DNA of 64,000 bases from Iphione sp. A-MEVVRFRX5 (Eukaryota), in contig OZ320316.1 of NCBI GenBank assembly GCA_976226885.1, forward strand, positions 60,512,001 to 60,576,000, given 5' to 3'. Below the pieces are notes generated by a model. The model worked only from the letters and a program-made list of their open reading frames with translations, searched no databases and was not told the DNA's origin. A program made the translations under genes and the position numbers. The stretch's first letter is position 1, and each line of letters starts with the position of its first letter. This document shows, in pieces, positions 34,987-45,574 of this stretch.

Positions 34987-34992
34987 TTTTCC
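34946..34992 (-). promoter_or_regulatory. Putative -1 programmed ribosomal frameshift signal (gag-pol)
   Basis: G GAA AAC in gag frame (34992-34986), 5-nt spacer, then perfect 8-bp stem GCAGTCGG/CCGACTGC; pol frame is open from just upstream of this site and is -1 to gag. Confidence 0.7.
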
Positions 34993-35831
34993 GACGGTTT
35001 AGGCCCTGCAGTGTTCGATGCTTGCTGTGGGGCTTTCGGGCAATCTCTCTTCCAGTGACCCGGTTGCTTGCAGATGAAACACAAATTGTCCCTGGGCCGT
35101 GACCTCTGAGGTCGCATTTCCTCCCGTAGTTTGGCAAACTCCTGCATTAGGACTTCCACCATGTCCTTGGGTGCTGGGCTGTTAGCATCCTTGTTGCCAC
35201 TTGCTTGTATGGCGTTCACCCTCCTAGCCGGGAACCGTTCTTTGATCTCCACTACCTGTAGTGCAGCCTCCATGGTCTTGCATTGTTCTTCTAGACATTT
35301 CAAATGCAGGTCATCAGGGAGCGCCCGTTGAAAGGCCGACACTGCCGCTAACTCTCGCGTCTCCGCACTCACATCGGGGTACGCGGTGCGTACAAGTCGT
35401 CGGACTTTATCAGCAAACCCCTTGGCATCCTCCCCTTTCTGTCTGCGGATCGTGGACAGGCCTTGCATAGCCGTCACTGGATTACGTCGACGTCCAAACC
35501 GCTTTTCCAAGGCGGCTACCCTGGGCTCAAAGTCAGCCTTGTCCTCCGACGGAAGGTCTCCAAAGTACATTCGGGCGGTGCCAGTCAACGACAGAGCCAG
35601 TGCTGAAGCTCTTGTGTTCAGACTCCACTTGCATGCATCTGCCCATTCGACAAACTGGACAATCCAACTGTCCCAGTCGACTACGTTGCCATCGAATCGT
35701 TCAGGTTTCATGGCATTGGTGCGCAGTGGCTCCTCTGGGGCTAGCACGTAAGGCTCAGCTTCTTCTTCATCGTCCGCATCCGGTACGCGTAGCTGTACCT
35801 CGTCGTCAACTGCCACAAACTTGGTAGCCAT
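34965..35831 (-). CDS. gag: Gypsy gag (288 aa) with CCHC zinc knuckle
   Basis: 'KPERFDG...WDSWIVQFVEWADACKW...LALSLTGTA' capsid-like region and CFICKQPGHWKRDC knuckle; ATG 13 nt after PBS. Confidence 0.95.
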   Translation of the reverse strand: MATKFVAVDDEVQLRVPDADDEEEAEPYVLAPEEPLRTNAMKPERFDGNVVDWDSWIVQFVEWADACKWSLNTRASALALSLTGTARMYFGDLPSEDKADFEPRVAALEKRFGRRRNPVTAMQGLSTIRRQKGEDAKGFADKVRRLVRTAYPDVSAETRELAAVSAFQRALPDDLHLKCLEEQCKTMEAALQVVEIKERFPARRVNAIQASGNKDANSPAPKDMVEVLMQEFAKLREEMRPQRSRPRDNLCFICKQPGHWKRDCPKAPQQASNTAGPKPSENTQQSAQ

Positions 35832-35843
35832 GATGTACAGTGG

Positions 35844-35861
35844 ATCCCACTTCTGACACCA
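35844..35861 (-). promoter_or_regulatory. Primer binding site, tRNA-Leu type
   Basis: Minus strand TGGTGTCAGAAGTGGGAT 1 nt from the 5' LTR end; this PBS sequence is the common tRNA-Leu-complementary type. Confidence 0.9.
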
Positions 35862-35862
35862 A

Positions 35863-36338
35863 TGTAGTTTCTACTTGGGTTCAATAAAGAACTGACAACT
35901 CTGAGTCCTGATTCAAAACTGTCTTTATTCAGGTTCCCTCTCATATTTATATCTTTTCTCCAATCAAGGCACTAGCCAATCATCTGTCAGTATCAGAGTA
36001 AGAGAATACATTGTTACCTTCTTTAACAGTCCTTTCAACTAACCTACCAATCAGGAGAGGGCAAAGTATCACTTTTGGGCTGTGGGACCACAGCCAAGTG
36101 CTGCCGATCCAATCACAAGAGAGCTTTGAGACTCCAGGGTAGTTTGTTTTAAATCCAGGGGTGGCTGTGGTACCACAGCGACCCTTAGTGCATGTGTACC
36201 GAGTCCAGTACTCCTGCACTTACTTCGTATAGCCAGTGCACCCCGACTGTGGCACCACACACTTCTGCGCACAGGGCGTGTGCCTGTACCTCCACCTGTG
36301 GCACCACAGCTCGAGGCCGGCTCCTGCATACCACTACA
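35863..36338 (-). repeat. 5' LTR (476 bp)
   Basis: TG...CA ends; four CTGTGGnnCCACA palindromes; minus-strand TATAAA 35946-35951 and AATAAA 35924-35929. Confidence 0.97.
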
Positions 36339-37374
36339 ATATATACGTGCATATATGTCAGAAAAACACGACAATTGAATGGGGGGAAAAGACACACCTT
36401 TAATACAGAGTAACAAGTAAAATAAACATAAAAACAAGGTAAAAATTTCAATGTGGAGTGTCGTTATAGAAGAACTACCATGGAGACGTATACACAGTTG
36501 CTTGAAGACAACAATACAACCGTTTTGCGACATATATATATAATATCTTATATCGATATATATATATATACGTAAGCCTATGAACCTCACGAGGTGGGGG
36601 GCAGGCCTGGGAGCATTGATCATGAGCCTGTATAGTGATGCATTCCAGTAAAATTTGGAAAACAATTACATACATGTAGGCTATGCTGTACGGGGGCTGT
36701 ATTTCACTATAGGCCCAATAGGTACATCTGTCCAAAATGCAGGCAAAAGGAGGAAACGGTAGTGTTTCCGCATGTCCATTGACGGATTCTGGTAAGAGAC
36801 TGCTAACAAACCAAAAATACTGGTATGTGGACATCGTCTCTGATTCACACAAAAAAACGGGCCCGGCACTATTTGAATGGTTGTTGGGGGTGGGGTGGAA
36901 CTCTTTTTTGTTTCAAACAGAAATCCTGATTAATTATATTATTTTTTATTATTGTAATCCCTTCCAGACCGACTGTGTGCCACTTTTTCAGATCAGTCTA
37001 TGGGCGGTCTGGAAGAAGTTAAAGGTATCTCTTGCGATAAATCATCCACGAGTTCTGTTTTTACTATTATTTGTGATAATTTGTAAAATAAAATGATAAT
37101 AAAGCATAAAAGCCAACCAGTCATTACAAGATGCAGCTACCTTGTATCTCGGTTGAAGTCAACCTTTCGGGGGGGGGAGGAGTTGGTTCGGCAGAACATC
37201 CCTAGTTACGGGAATACGGACAAACATGTATGTGCTCCTGTAAACAGAAATCTGGGACTATAAAAACAGCGGCTCCCTATGTATTTGAAAAATGTGTCTT
37301 TACATATATGATGTAAATAGGATGTTTTTTTGTTCCAATTCATGGCCGTCTTTCTTTTCGACTGACCCATGAAG

Positions 37375-37561
37375 AACAATGAAAAGATCGACAGCTGAGC
37401 CTCTTACACAAAAAGATAGCTCTGCGGTATTGCGGAGGAACGAAACTGATGCAGCACCAATGTTTTGGATGACGAATTCAGCCATGACACCTGCAGTGGG
37501 CAACAATGGGTTCACCCACTGGAACCCGTGCGTCTGTGGGCCTGCAACCCCGCTCTCCATA
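37375..37561 (+). CDS. Candidate juxtamembrane exon of host membrane protein
   Basis: Pyrimidine tract then AAG| acceptor, phase 2 in (matches TM exon), open frame RTMKRSTAEPLTQK..., donor ATA|GTGAGG phase 0. Confidence 0.4.
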
Positions 37562-38024
37562 GTGAGGCATGTGTGTATGTAATTTTTATGTATTTTTAAT
37601 ACCAAAAGGACAATGGTTAGAAATCTGGAAGTTTATCTTCTCAGGTACATTATCTTCAGCTTCGTTGTTCTAAATTTGTTTATTTTTTGGGGTGGGGAGG
37701 GGGTCTACTTTCTAAGACTGGTTAGCACAACCAACTGATCGTACGTGTATTGAATTTGTGGAGGAAATCTTTTGTTACTTCAATCTGAATATATAATATA
37801 ATGCAGTTGAGACTCACACAGGAAACAAAGCTTGGGAAGCACGACATTTTGCATTTTCTATGGTTTGGTCGTATTAGGCAACATTTATTGATGTAATGCA
37901 GCCTTTTTGGTTCTTATATTCTTGGTCCTTCCCTCGGATTTGTCGCGTCTGTGATCTTTCCTTTAACTTGTCTAGAAATGGGAGTGGCTTTGTATATGCA
38001 TGTATTCTGGCGAGCATGCCTTAG

Positions 38025-38292
38025 TTTGGTTATGCATGTCTGCCTTTATCAAGTCCGTATCTGTACCTACCATCTATAGCTACTGGGCAGTGCCAGAGAC
38101 CGTCTCTCAAACGTGCCGCAAGTGCCACCCAGCGGCTACCACCCATTGTCCGCGCCCGCCGCACAAACTCCTTCCCTATTGGAGAGAGGCCACTGCCCTT
38201 CAGCACCATCTGTGAGCAACAATATGCCACCGACCGTGAACGAGGTCCTATTTTCTTTCCTAATATAATAATTTATCGACAACCTACCACAG
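38025..38292 (+). CDS. Candidate cytoplasmic-tail exon of host membrane protein
   Basis: Open frame ...RPSLKRAASATQRLPPIVRARRTNSFP...; strong donor ACAG|GTAAGT phase 1; acceptor uncertain (38025 or 38080, the latter in another frame). Confidence 0.45.
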
Positions 38293-38848
38293 GTAAGTGA
38301 TTTTATCGGCATGATATACAGGAATCGCACATTTCACATCTGTAGCAACGTTTACAGTCTAGTTACATAGGACAGTACCACATATCTATAGAGGGTGTTT
38401 TTTTCAGGTCACGAGAAAGCATTAGAACGTCAACTTCAGGCCAACAATGGTTCCTTTCGATGAAAAACCGTACTTAACCGTTTAAATTGGGTGGGGGATA
38501 GGTCTTTGGTTCAAGAGGAACCCTTAAATTACAGAAATGTATTATTTACTAGAAGTTCTAAAATGGTTTAGACTGAGAGATATATTGAATATAGAGACTA
38601 AAAAAACATGCTTAAACGGCAGACTAATCACGGTCCAGTTAAATGTGTGTCAATGCGCATGCTTAGGAGGTCAAGATCATGCGCACTGCAGTCATCCAAA
38701 ATGGTGGCAAACATAAACAGACCATTGGGGTACCAACACACTGAGAATATGGATAAATAAAGCTATGCAGAAGGTCAGTTATAGTTCGAAAATGGTTTAG
38801 ATTGAGAGAAATATTAAATTTATTGTAAAAAATCATTTTAGAACCGCA

Positions 38849-38972
38849 TTTAACGACTCCATTTCGTTCCTGGTGGGATGTTTACACACTCAATCCCTCG
38901 GGGTTGGACTGCGTCCAACCCCTCGGTTTCGTGTGTAAACATCCACACCAGGAACTCAATTCCTTCGTTAAA
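38849..38972. repeat. 124-bp near-perfect palindrome / small MITE with TTAA ends
   Basis: GTTCCTGGTGGGATGTTTACACAC ... GTGTGTAAACATCCACACCAGGAAC arms plus inner GGGGTTGGAC-TGC-GTCCAACCCC hairpin. Confidence 0.7.
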
Positions 38973-39112
38973 CCCGACGCTTGTTGATATCATTTAATTT
39001 CTAATTGCTATTCGTCATTAACTGGGACATCATACACAATTGGCTGGAATGAAACACCTCCGTTTAAATGGTTGCATATTGCCAACACCTATATAGAACT
39101 CAACTATACTTA

Positions 39113-39739
39113 GGCCTAAAAAAAATATCTGTGTTTCCAGTAACCCGACCGACCCTACATTTTAGCCATTTTCTACTTTTTACTTTTTTATTGTTTTGTG
39201 TATAACTTCAGAATAAATCATAATAGAGACATATCCAATATACCATTTTTACACTACCTATATAAAACGTTGCCTGAAAGAAGTCCAGCCATGGGCAGGA
39301 ACTCTCATCAGTGTGAGACATATCTCAAGTGGTGTAACTTCAATTTTTTCATATGTTAGTGTTAATAGTTTTTATATTCATAGAAGACTGCTTATATTTT
39401 CTACCACAAAAGAGGATACAAAGGAAAACATACAATAAACACGGTCCTACTTTTTCAGATTTATGTATTCCTTCACTCCTGTGTGTGCAGTCAAGCATGA
39501 CAGTCTGGGCTTTGGCCTGTTAGGGTGGGAGGGGGATCATGAGTGTCTGTGTCAAGTCGCCAAAGGCGCTTGTGTTCCTTACATTATTAGTTTCATTAAG
39601 ATCTAAGCAGTACAACATATGATACTATTTTCATTTGTTTCTTTGAGCAAGAATTAACAGAAAAAAAACATTTACCACCAACCTACCGACCCTACATTTT
39701 TTCAGTATGTTACCGGAAACACAGAGCTTTTTTTAGGCC
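39113..39739. mobile_element. PIF/Harbinger-like MITE, longer copy
   Basis: Same TIR family as 22245-22574; flanks TTA / TCA. Confidence 0.7.
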
Positions 39740-40689
39740 TCAGTGGGAAGGTTCACGCAAATCCTCCCAATGCTCCCCTAGCTACCTGAAGTGAAATTGA
39801 AGTTCGATGAGATTCACTGGATTTTGTGTTGTAATGTCGGATAATGCCTTGTGGTTTGGATAAAGATTATAATAAAAGCTCATGCAAATTATCATCAAAC
39901 CTGGCGTTCACTTGCGGCATAACGTCCGAATGGAACTACTCTGTGTACACGTCTCCCCGAAGAAGGGTATCGCTTCATACACTGATGTTTCTGGCTGAAC
40001 CAAAACGAATTCTGCCACGATATTATCCCCTTTTGGAAACAGATTCCATACGGACGTTTATGCCGTATATACATGTGCGAACGCGCAATGAATATGGGGT
40101 AGGCAGGGTTGGATGGCCACAGGGTTAGGTTTGAATTCTTCTCGACTACAAGAAATCTTAACTGTGGCTTTGTTTTTCATCTGATATACCGCTGCTATCG
40201 CTGAACAAGGTGTCAGTACCATTGCATGCTTTGTCATAGATATACAGTGCACAAACTATTTTAATGTAAGGTATATACACCCATATCGTAATATCGTCAT
40301 ATGGAAATCAAAATGAGGCCAACTGCGTCAGAACCCAAGTATCTGTAGGAACACGGGAACCATGTCTGGGGTGGCAAGCCAAGAGAACTATAAAACCACT
40401 AAAAGTCATTGTATTTACTAAAGGAATGTGTAATTCTATGATTTTGAAGATAAACTAGCCTCAGAATCAAGGAAATAGTTGAAGGACATGACGGGTAACA
40501 ATAGAGTTAGTATTCTCATCAATGGCTTACAGCGACGTACTATCGCAGCTGGCCTCATTCTCAGTTACTGTGTGAATAGGGTGTATTCCATAAGTATGAA
40601 ACAACCATTTCAAAGCTACTCTAGATGCCCAAAATGAGTTTTATTGTAACTTATGGAGGTATGAAAATATATACCAATACTGCTAGCTG

Positions 40690-40955
40690 GATATAGTCCA
40701 CCACTAAGATGTAACCTGTATCTGACTCAGCAGGTACTTGGGTTACAACCACTGGTTCAGCCCAACGGAAGTCATGCATGGGATGGTGTTGACATAGCTC
40801 ATCCATACAGGTTGTCAGCATCCAGATACATAATGCACTTCGATGGGTTTGATTGATCAAAGTCTGGAAAATAATGGATGGTGGCTTTGGATTATCTATT
40901 AGAAATCATGGTCATACCATCACTGAAGCCCCTTTCCATGAACAAATGCATCTCC
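40690..40955 (-). pseudogene. Fossil fragment of protein-primed family B DNA polymerase (Maverick/Polinton-like)
   Basis: Minus strand EMHLFMERGFSDGMTMISNR*SKATIHYFPDFDQSNPSKCIMYLDADNLYG*AMS-(fs)-HDFRWAEP...ESDTGYILVVD matches the pPolB motif 'YLDANNLYGWAMS...F.W...GYILEVD'. Confidence 0.85.
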
Positions 40956-42016
40956 TGCCATGCTCGCTAAAATATATTATTCGACTATGAATATTGTCTT
41001 TATTCAGTGTCTGCATTTGGGTGAAAGAGAGGGAGAAGAGGATATCATTTCCAGGTTTAACCCCCCCCTACTGTCTGAACCCCCCCTCCCTACTGTCTGA
41101 AACCCCCCCCCCCCGCTACTGTCTGAACTTTGGTAAGAGAGAGGGAGAAGGGGTAGCTTGCATACAGCAAACACCCCCTATTACGGACACTTTGAGTAAA
41201 GTGACGCCGATGTCCGGTGTAGAGGGTTTTTACTGTATTCCTCTTCTCATCAAGTGATCGTGACCTGCCTTCACCATGCTATTAGGCCTAGAAAAAAAGT
41301 TCTGTGTTTTTGGTAACCCTGGACTACCTGAGACAAAAGCAATTGCTAAAAATAGCAAATTTTGTCCCAACCAGCAGCAGTCTCTCCCACATGTACTTAC
41401 ATATATTGTTTTCTGATTAACCTCTTCAGTGTATCTATATCTACGTGTATATGTATTGTTGCATATGAGTTTGTCTTCTTAGATGTGAAGCTCACAAAAT
41501 TGTACGTTTTGACTTTTTAACTATCGCAAACAGAGACTCGACATTACGGAAGATCTTCGCACTTACAAGGGATCGCCGATTCGAAAACGGAATACCTCAC
41601 TCCCGTTTCAACGAAGGATATGGATAACAGTGTGAGCACATTTGAAAAAAAAAAGATATCAATTGGCAAATTAAAACACTGTTTACCTAAAGTTTACTAT
41701 ACATGTACTACCTTTTGTCCCGAGACTGTAATATGAGTTTGGTCTCGAAGAGAATTTAGGTTTTCAGGCCCATAGCTAGGACGTTTTCTGGGGGGGTATC
41801 GGACGATAGCCCATTACCACAGAGGTGGAACTATTTTTTTCCCCTATCGATGCTTATAGCATAAATGTCTAGGGGGCTATCGGCTGACACCCCCGATACC
41901 CCCTTACCTACGGGCCTGGTTTTACACAACTGGTCACTTATAAAGCAAAATTAATGGTGCTCGACTCCTAAATGGTAAGCCATATTATGACAGGTTATAT
42001 TCAACATTCCAGGCAG

Positions 42017-42721
42017 ACGTTCCACTGAAATCAGTCAATGAGCCATACCTTGATATTTCAAACAAACTAAGACATGGAGACGCCAATGACTCTCATGAGA
42101 GAAGGATGGGTTTATATAACTCCCCCAATACACAAACTCCTGCAAGAACTGGGGAGCAACGAATTGCCAGGCAGAATTCACGAACTGTCCATGACTATGT
42201 GCCCCGCATACTTGGACATCCCACGGACAGAACAGCGCTAGGTGGGCAGGGATTCAGCCAGACTTCCGGAACAAAAACGAAAAAGAATTTCGTAGACTGT
42301 AAAATGGTGACAGATGCAATAAAACATATTGCTAAGATGGATCCTCGACAGGCAAAGACCGGTGCCTACGGGCTTGATAATATTGATAACAGAGATAACT
42401 GTCCCAGAAAAAGCAGACGAGGCCTACGTCGTGCCGTAAGCGACACGTCAGCCACACCCAATGTTCAAAGTGCCACAGATATTTATGCCATTCCCATGAA
42501 CGTAGTCAAAGGAAGGCGAAAGATCCAAGCAAAAACGGGGAAAGACGCTTATGAAGAATCCCACCTTTCGGAGTCCCCTCCCCCTCCGCCACTCCCACCG
42601 CCTATCCTAAAATCTGACCAGGATCCACCTGATATAAAGACTGAAACTGTCGCCGGTCTGGAGGTACATTCAGCATCCCGCCAGCATCCGGAACTCCGCA
42701 CATCGGCTTATGATCATACAG
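42017..42721 (+). CDS. Large cytoplasmic-tail exon of host membrane protein (could alternatively read to stop at 42750)
   Basis: Open frame of 235 codons from acceptor CCAGGCAG|; Tyr motifs (DIYAIP, EPYLDI), PPPPPLPPP; donor ACAG|GTATAT phase 1. Confidence 0.6.
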
Positions 42722-43301
42722 GTATATCAAAAATGAGTTGGCATAAATGACTAATGTGGATTAATTTGGTATAAAGGGAACAGACCATAACGACTAGGTC
42801 ACCCACAACTCATCGATGCCATCTTAACTCCCTAAACATAGGAATTACTAACTAGAAATGTATAAAATTTCATTGAGTTTCGTGTACTGTTTCCCGGACA
42901 CCTCTCTCTGTCTCCCAGTCGTTCGATATCTCTCTCTCCAATGACCCACTACCAGCTACTTTTAGCCACGTCTCAAACTTGGCAGCTCTTACTCCAGCTA
43001 AGATTTAAGACACCATTGGCAGTGTCGTGTGCATTATGTAGATATTGGGTATATACCTTAGGCCTGTGAAGCTTACTATGGGATAAAATGGTAGAAGCCT
43101 TAAATGATTATTGAAGCCATTAACATACCATGTGCATGAACATCGTACCAAATGGTCCCCCTCCAGTTCTGTAGCTTAGTTAAAAATTCCTAAACTGCAG
43201 AAATGTTCCTAGTCTATGTAACTAGTTCATTCATTTCAAATGTTTGTGATGCATGGTGCTGACATTATTCACTGTCATGGCTTCTGCTGCTCTTCCTGCA
43301 G

Positions 43302-43520
43302 ACTTGGAGGTGACACGCAGGGCATTCCGTTTCCTTGATCAGTACAGTGTCTCACAGCGGAGTGCCTCCGGCATGGGATCAGTAAGGACCCAAATGTCTG
43401 CTAGTTCAGGCCTGGCCTTCGCATTTTCTTTAAGAGGAGAACAGACTCCCTCCCGTAGGCTGGCAAGGAACGACAGAGGACGATGTCATGTTCGACCGTT
43501 TTCTATAGGAGATGCAGCAA
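43302..43520 (+). CDS. Candidate exon of host membrane protein
   Basis: Strong acceptor CTGCTCTTCCTGCAG|, strong donor A|GTAAGT, phase 1/1, open frame of 73 codons. Confidence 0.55.
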
Positions 43521-43682
43521 GTAAGTCATTCAGGTTTATAGTACATCTAGGCCCTATATGCATACATGCATACACTACATTATATGTAAATGGAAGTTTT
43601 ATTCCTTATGATGTGCCAAAAGGATACATTGAGTCAAATCCTTAGATTTGGACACCAGGAAGCAGGTTGTGTTGTCATTTTA

Positions 43683-44030
43683 TTTCATTTCATTTCATTG
43701 TATCTTTTACCAGGAATATATTCACCTATCATATGATAGGGATCTTCCATATCCTCCTGGGGTAGCATACTACCATCTATTATTGAGAATTGAGAGACCA
43801 GAATACCCGGGGTTGCCCCCTACTCTTATTTCGAATAGGTTTCTGGGGTCTTTTTGTGCATAGGGGATAGAATCCTATACACCCACGGCCTTTTTATGAG
43901 TTGTGGACCACTCTGGGTTGGGGCTACATTAAATTTGTCTGGTCGTAATCAAGAGTCCCAGGCCTGGAATTGAACCTGCGACCTCTCAGTCAGTGGACCA
44001 GTGCTCTACCACTGAGCTAACTCCCCACCC
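43683..44030 (-). mobile_element. Full-length tRNA-derived SINE (same family as 15080-15430)
   Basis: A-box TAGCTCAGTGG, B-box GGTTCAATTCC, shared body, (ATGAA)n tail. Confidence 0.88.
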
Positions 44031-44254
44031 CTTGTCTTGTTATAAAGGTGGCATATACTTCTTATATGTACACAATATGTTTAGTGCATGGCAGCCATCT
44101 TTAATTCTGTTTGTCCTCATTTCAGTGTGTCATATATCACATACAGCAACTCGGTGCTAAGTTCTTAAGTTGTGCCACCTCCTCTTCATGGTTGAGTGGT
44201 CCCTGATAGTCATAGGTAAGGTGGGTTAAGTGATAGACAACAAGTAACACCCAC

Positions 44255-44610
44255 TTCTACAGAGGGTTATAAGTGACACACAACATGTAACAGACACCTA
44301 TACAGAGGGTTGCATAGAACACACAACATGCAGCAGACACCTCTAACAGAGGGTTACAGGGACACACAACATGCAGCAGACACCTCTAACAGAGGGTTAC
44401 AGGGACACACAACAGGTAACAGATACATCTATAGAGGGTTACAAGGGGTACACAACAGGTAACAGACACCACTACAGAGGGCTACAGTAGGCACCCAACA
44501 GATAACAGACAATCTTAGAGAGAGTTACAGGTGACACATTATAGGTAACAGACAGCTCTACAGAGGGTTACAGGTCACACAAAAGTAATACACACCTGTA
44601 GAACAGATTA
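44255..44610. repeat. ~43-bp minisatellite, ~8 diverged copies
   Basis: ACAGAGGGTTACAGGGACACACAACATGCAGCAGACACCTCTA-like units. Confidence 0.85.
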
Positions 44611-44736
44611 CAAAGTTTGGACTAAGTGGTACGAAGTACTATCCAGGATTGGGGACACCCCCTAAATGGGGACGGTGGCATTAGGAAATATGGGTGTCCT
44701 CAGTTATCCTATTCTACACTATGAGGGAAGCATACA

Positions 44737-44738
<2 letters not shown>

Positions 44739-44792
<54 letters not shown>
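44739..44792. repeat. (GA)n microsatellite
   Basis: Pure GA dinucleotide run followed by purine-rich sequence. Confidence 0.98.
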
Positions 44793-44796
<4 letters not shown>

Positions 44797-45440
44797 AGGG
44801 GGGGGGGATATTAGGGAGGGGAGAAAGCGGCAACAAAGAATATGAGGAAGATAGAGGACAGGTAAAAGGAGAGAGATGTAGTGAGAGGGAAGGAGGGAAA
44901 AAGGGGAGACAGAGCACGACAAGGAGGAAGAGAGGAACAGAGAGAATGGACCAAGTGAAAGAGAACAATGATAAAATAGGAAGACTGTAAAGAGAGAGTA
45001 AGAAAGGCGAGGGAGAGGTTGGTAGGAAAGGTACAGAGGGAGAGATGGTAAAGGGCAGGAGACAAAGAAAGACTCATCCCGGACTTCTACACAATTTTCA
45101 TGCTTCTGTTAACATTTTGTGTGTGCCTTCAGATTTCACTTTATTGTTAAATTAGTTAATTACAAACATTACATGTAAAGTTGCCTTAGGTAAAGCTTTA
45201 CTCAGATAGCCAACTTCTTCATAAAGAGGTCTAATTCTTAGAGGATGCGATTTTAATGGTGGCTATTTCTTGTCCACAATCAAAAAACAATGTGACAAGA
45301 TTCTGAGACTATTGGGTTTTGATCCTTTCATTTACAGCAAGTCTTGTATTCTTAAAAGCGGTTTAATACATTTAATTTAACTTTTACACGTGCAGGTTTA
45401 AGTCAAACGTCATTGGACGCTATCAACATGTACATCTCAG

Positions 45441-45574
45441 ACAGCTCTGTGGAGACAGACAGCTGCAAAGACAGCCTTGTCGTCATAGGGGATGACGTGG
45501 CCAGAAATTCAAACACAGCTTCAAAAAAGACTGACACTGATGTTAGGTGGAAGGGAACCTCCAGGTACAGGTGA
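45441..45574 (+). CDS. Candidate terminal coding exon of host membrane protein
   Basis: Acceptor TACATCTCAG|, phase 1 in, NSSVETDSCKDSLVVIGDD...GTSRYR-TGA. Confidence 0.45.

Larger units (their letters stand above)
25927..36338 (-). mobile_element. Full-length Ty3/Gypsy LTR retrotransposon (10.4 kb) with ~4.3 kb accessory region
   Basis: Paired LTRs, ATAT TSD (25923-6, 36339-42), PBS, PPT, gag and PR-RT-RH-IN pol in Gypsy order. Confidence 0.97.

Noticed and set aside
36069-36665. 198-aa minus-strand ORF
   Set aside because: Straddles the LTR and AT-rich flank with (TA)n; composition is not protein-like.
37300-37605. Minus-strand ORF with vague cNMP-binding-like 'DLFIVLHGSVE'
   Set aside because: No supporting neighbouring exons on the minus strand; the + strand frame fits the splice-phase chain of the host gene better (not fully excluded).
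44694-45077. ORFs with ER/SL dipeptide runs
   Set aside because: Translation of the (GA)n microsatellite and purine-rich flank.
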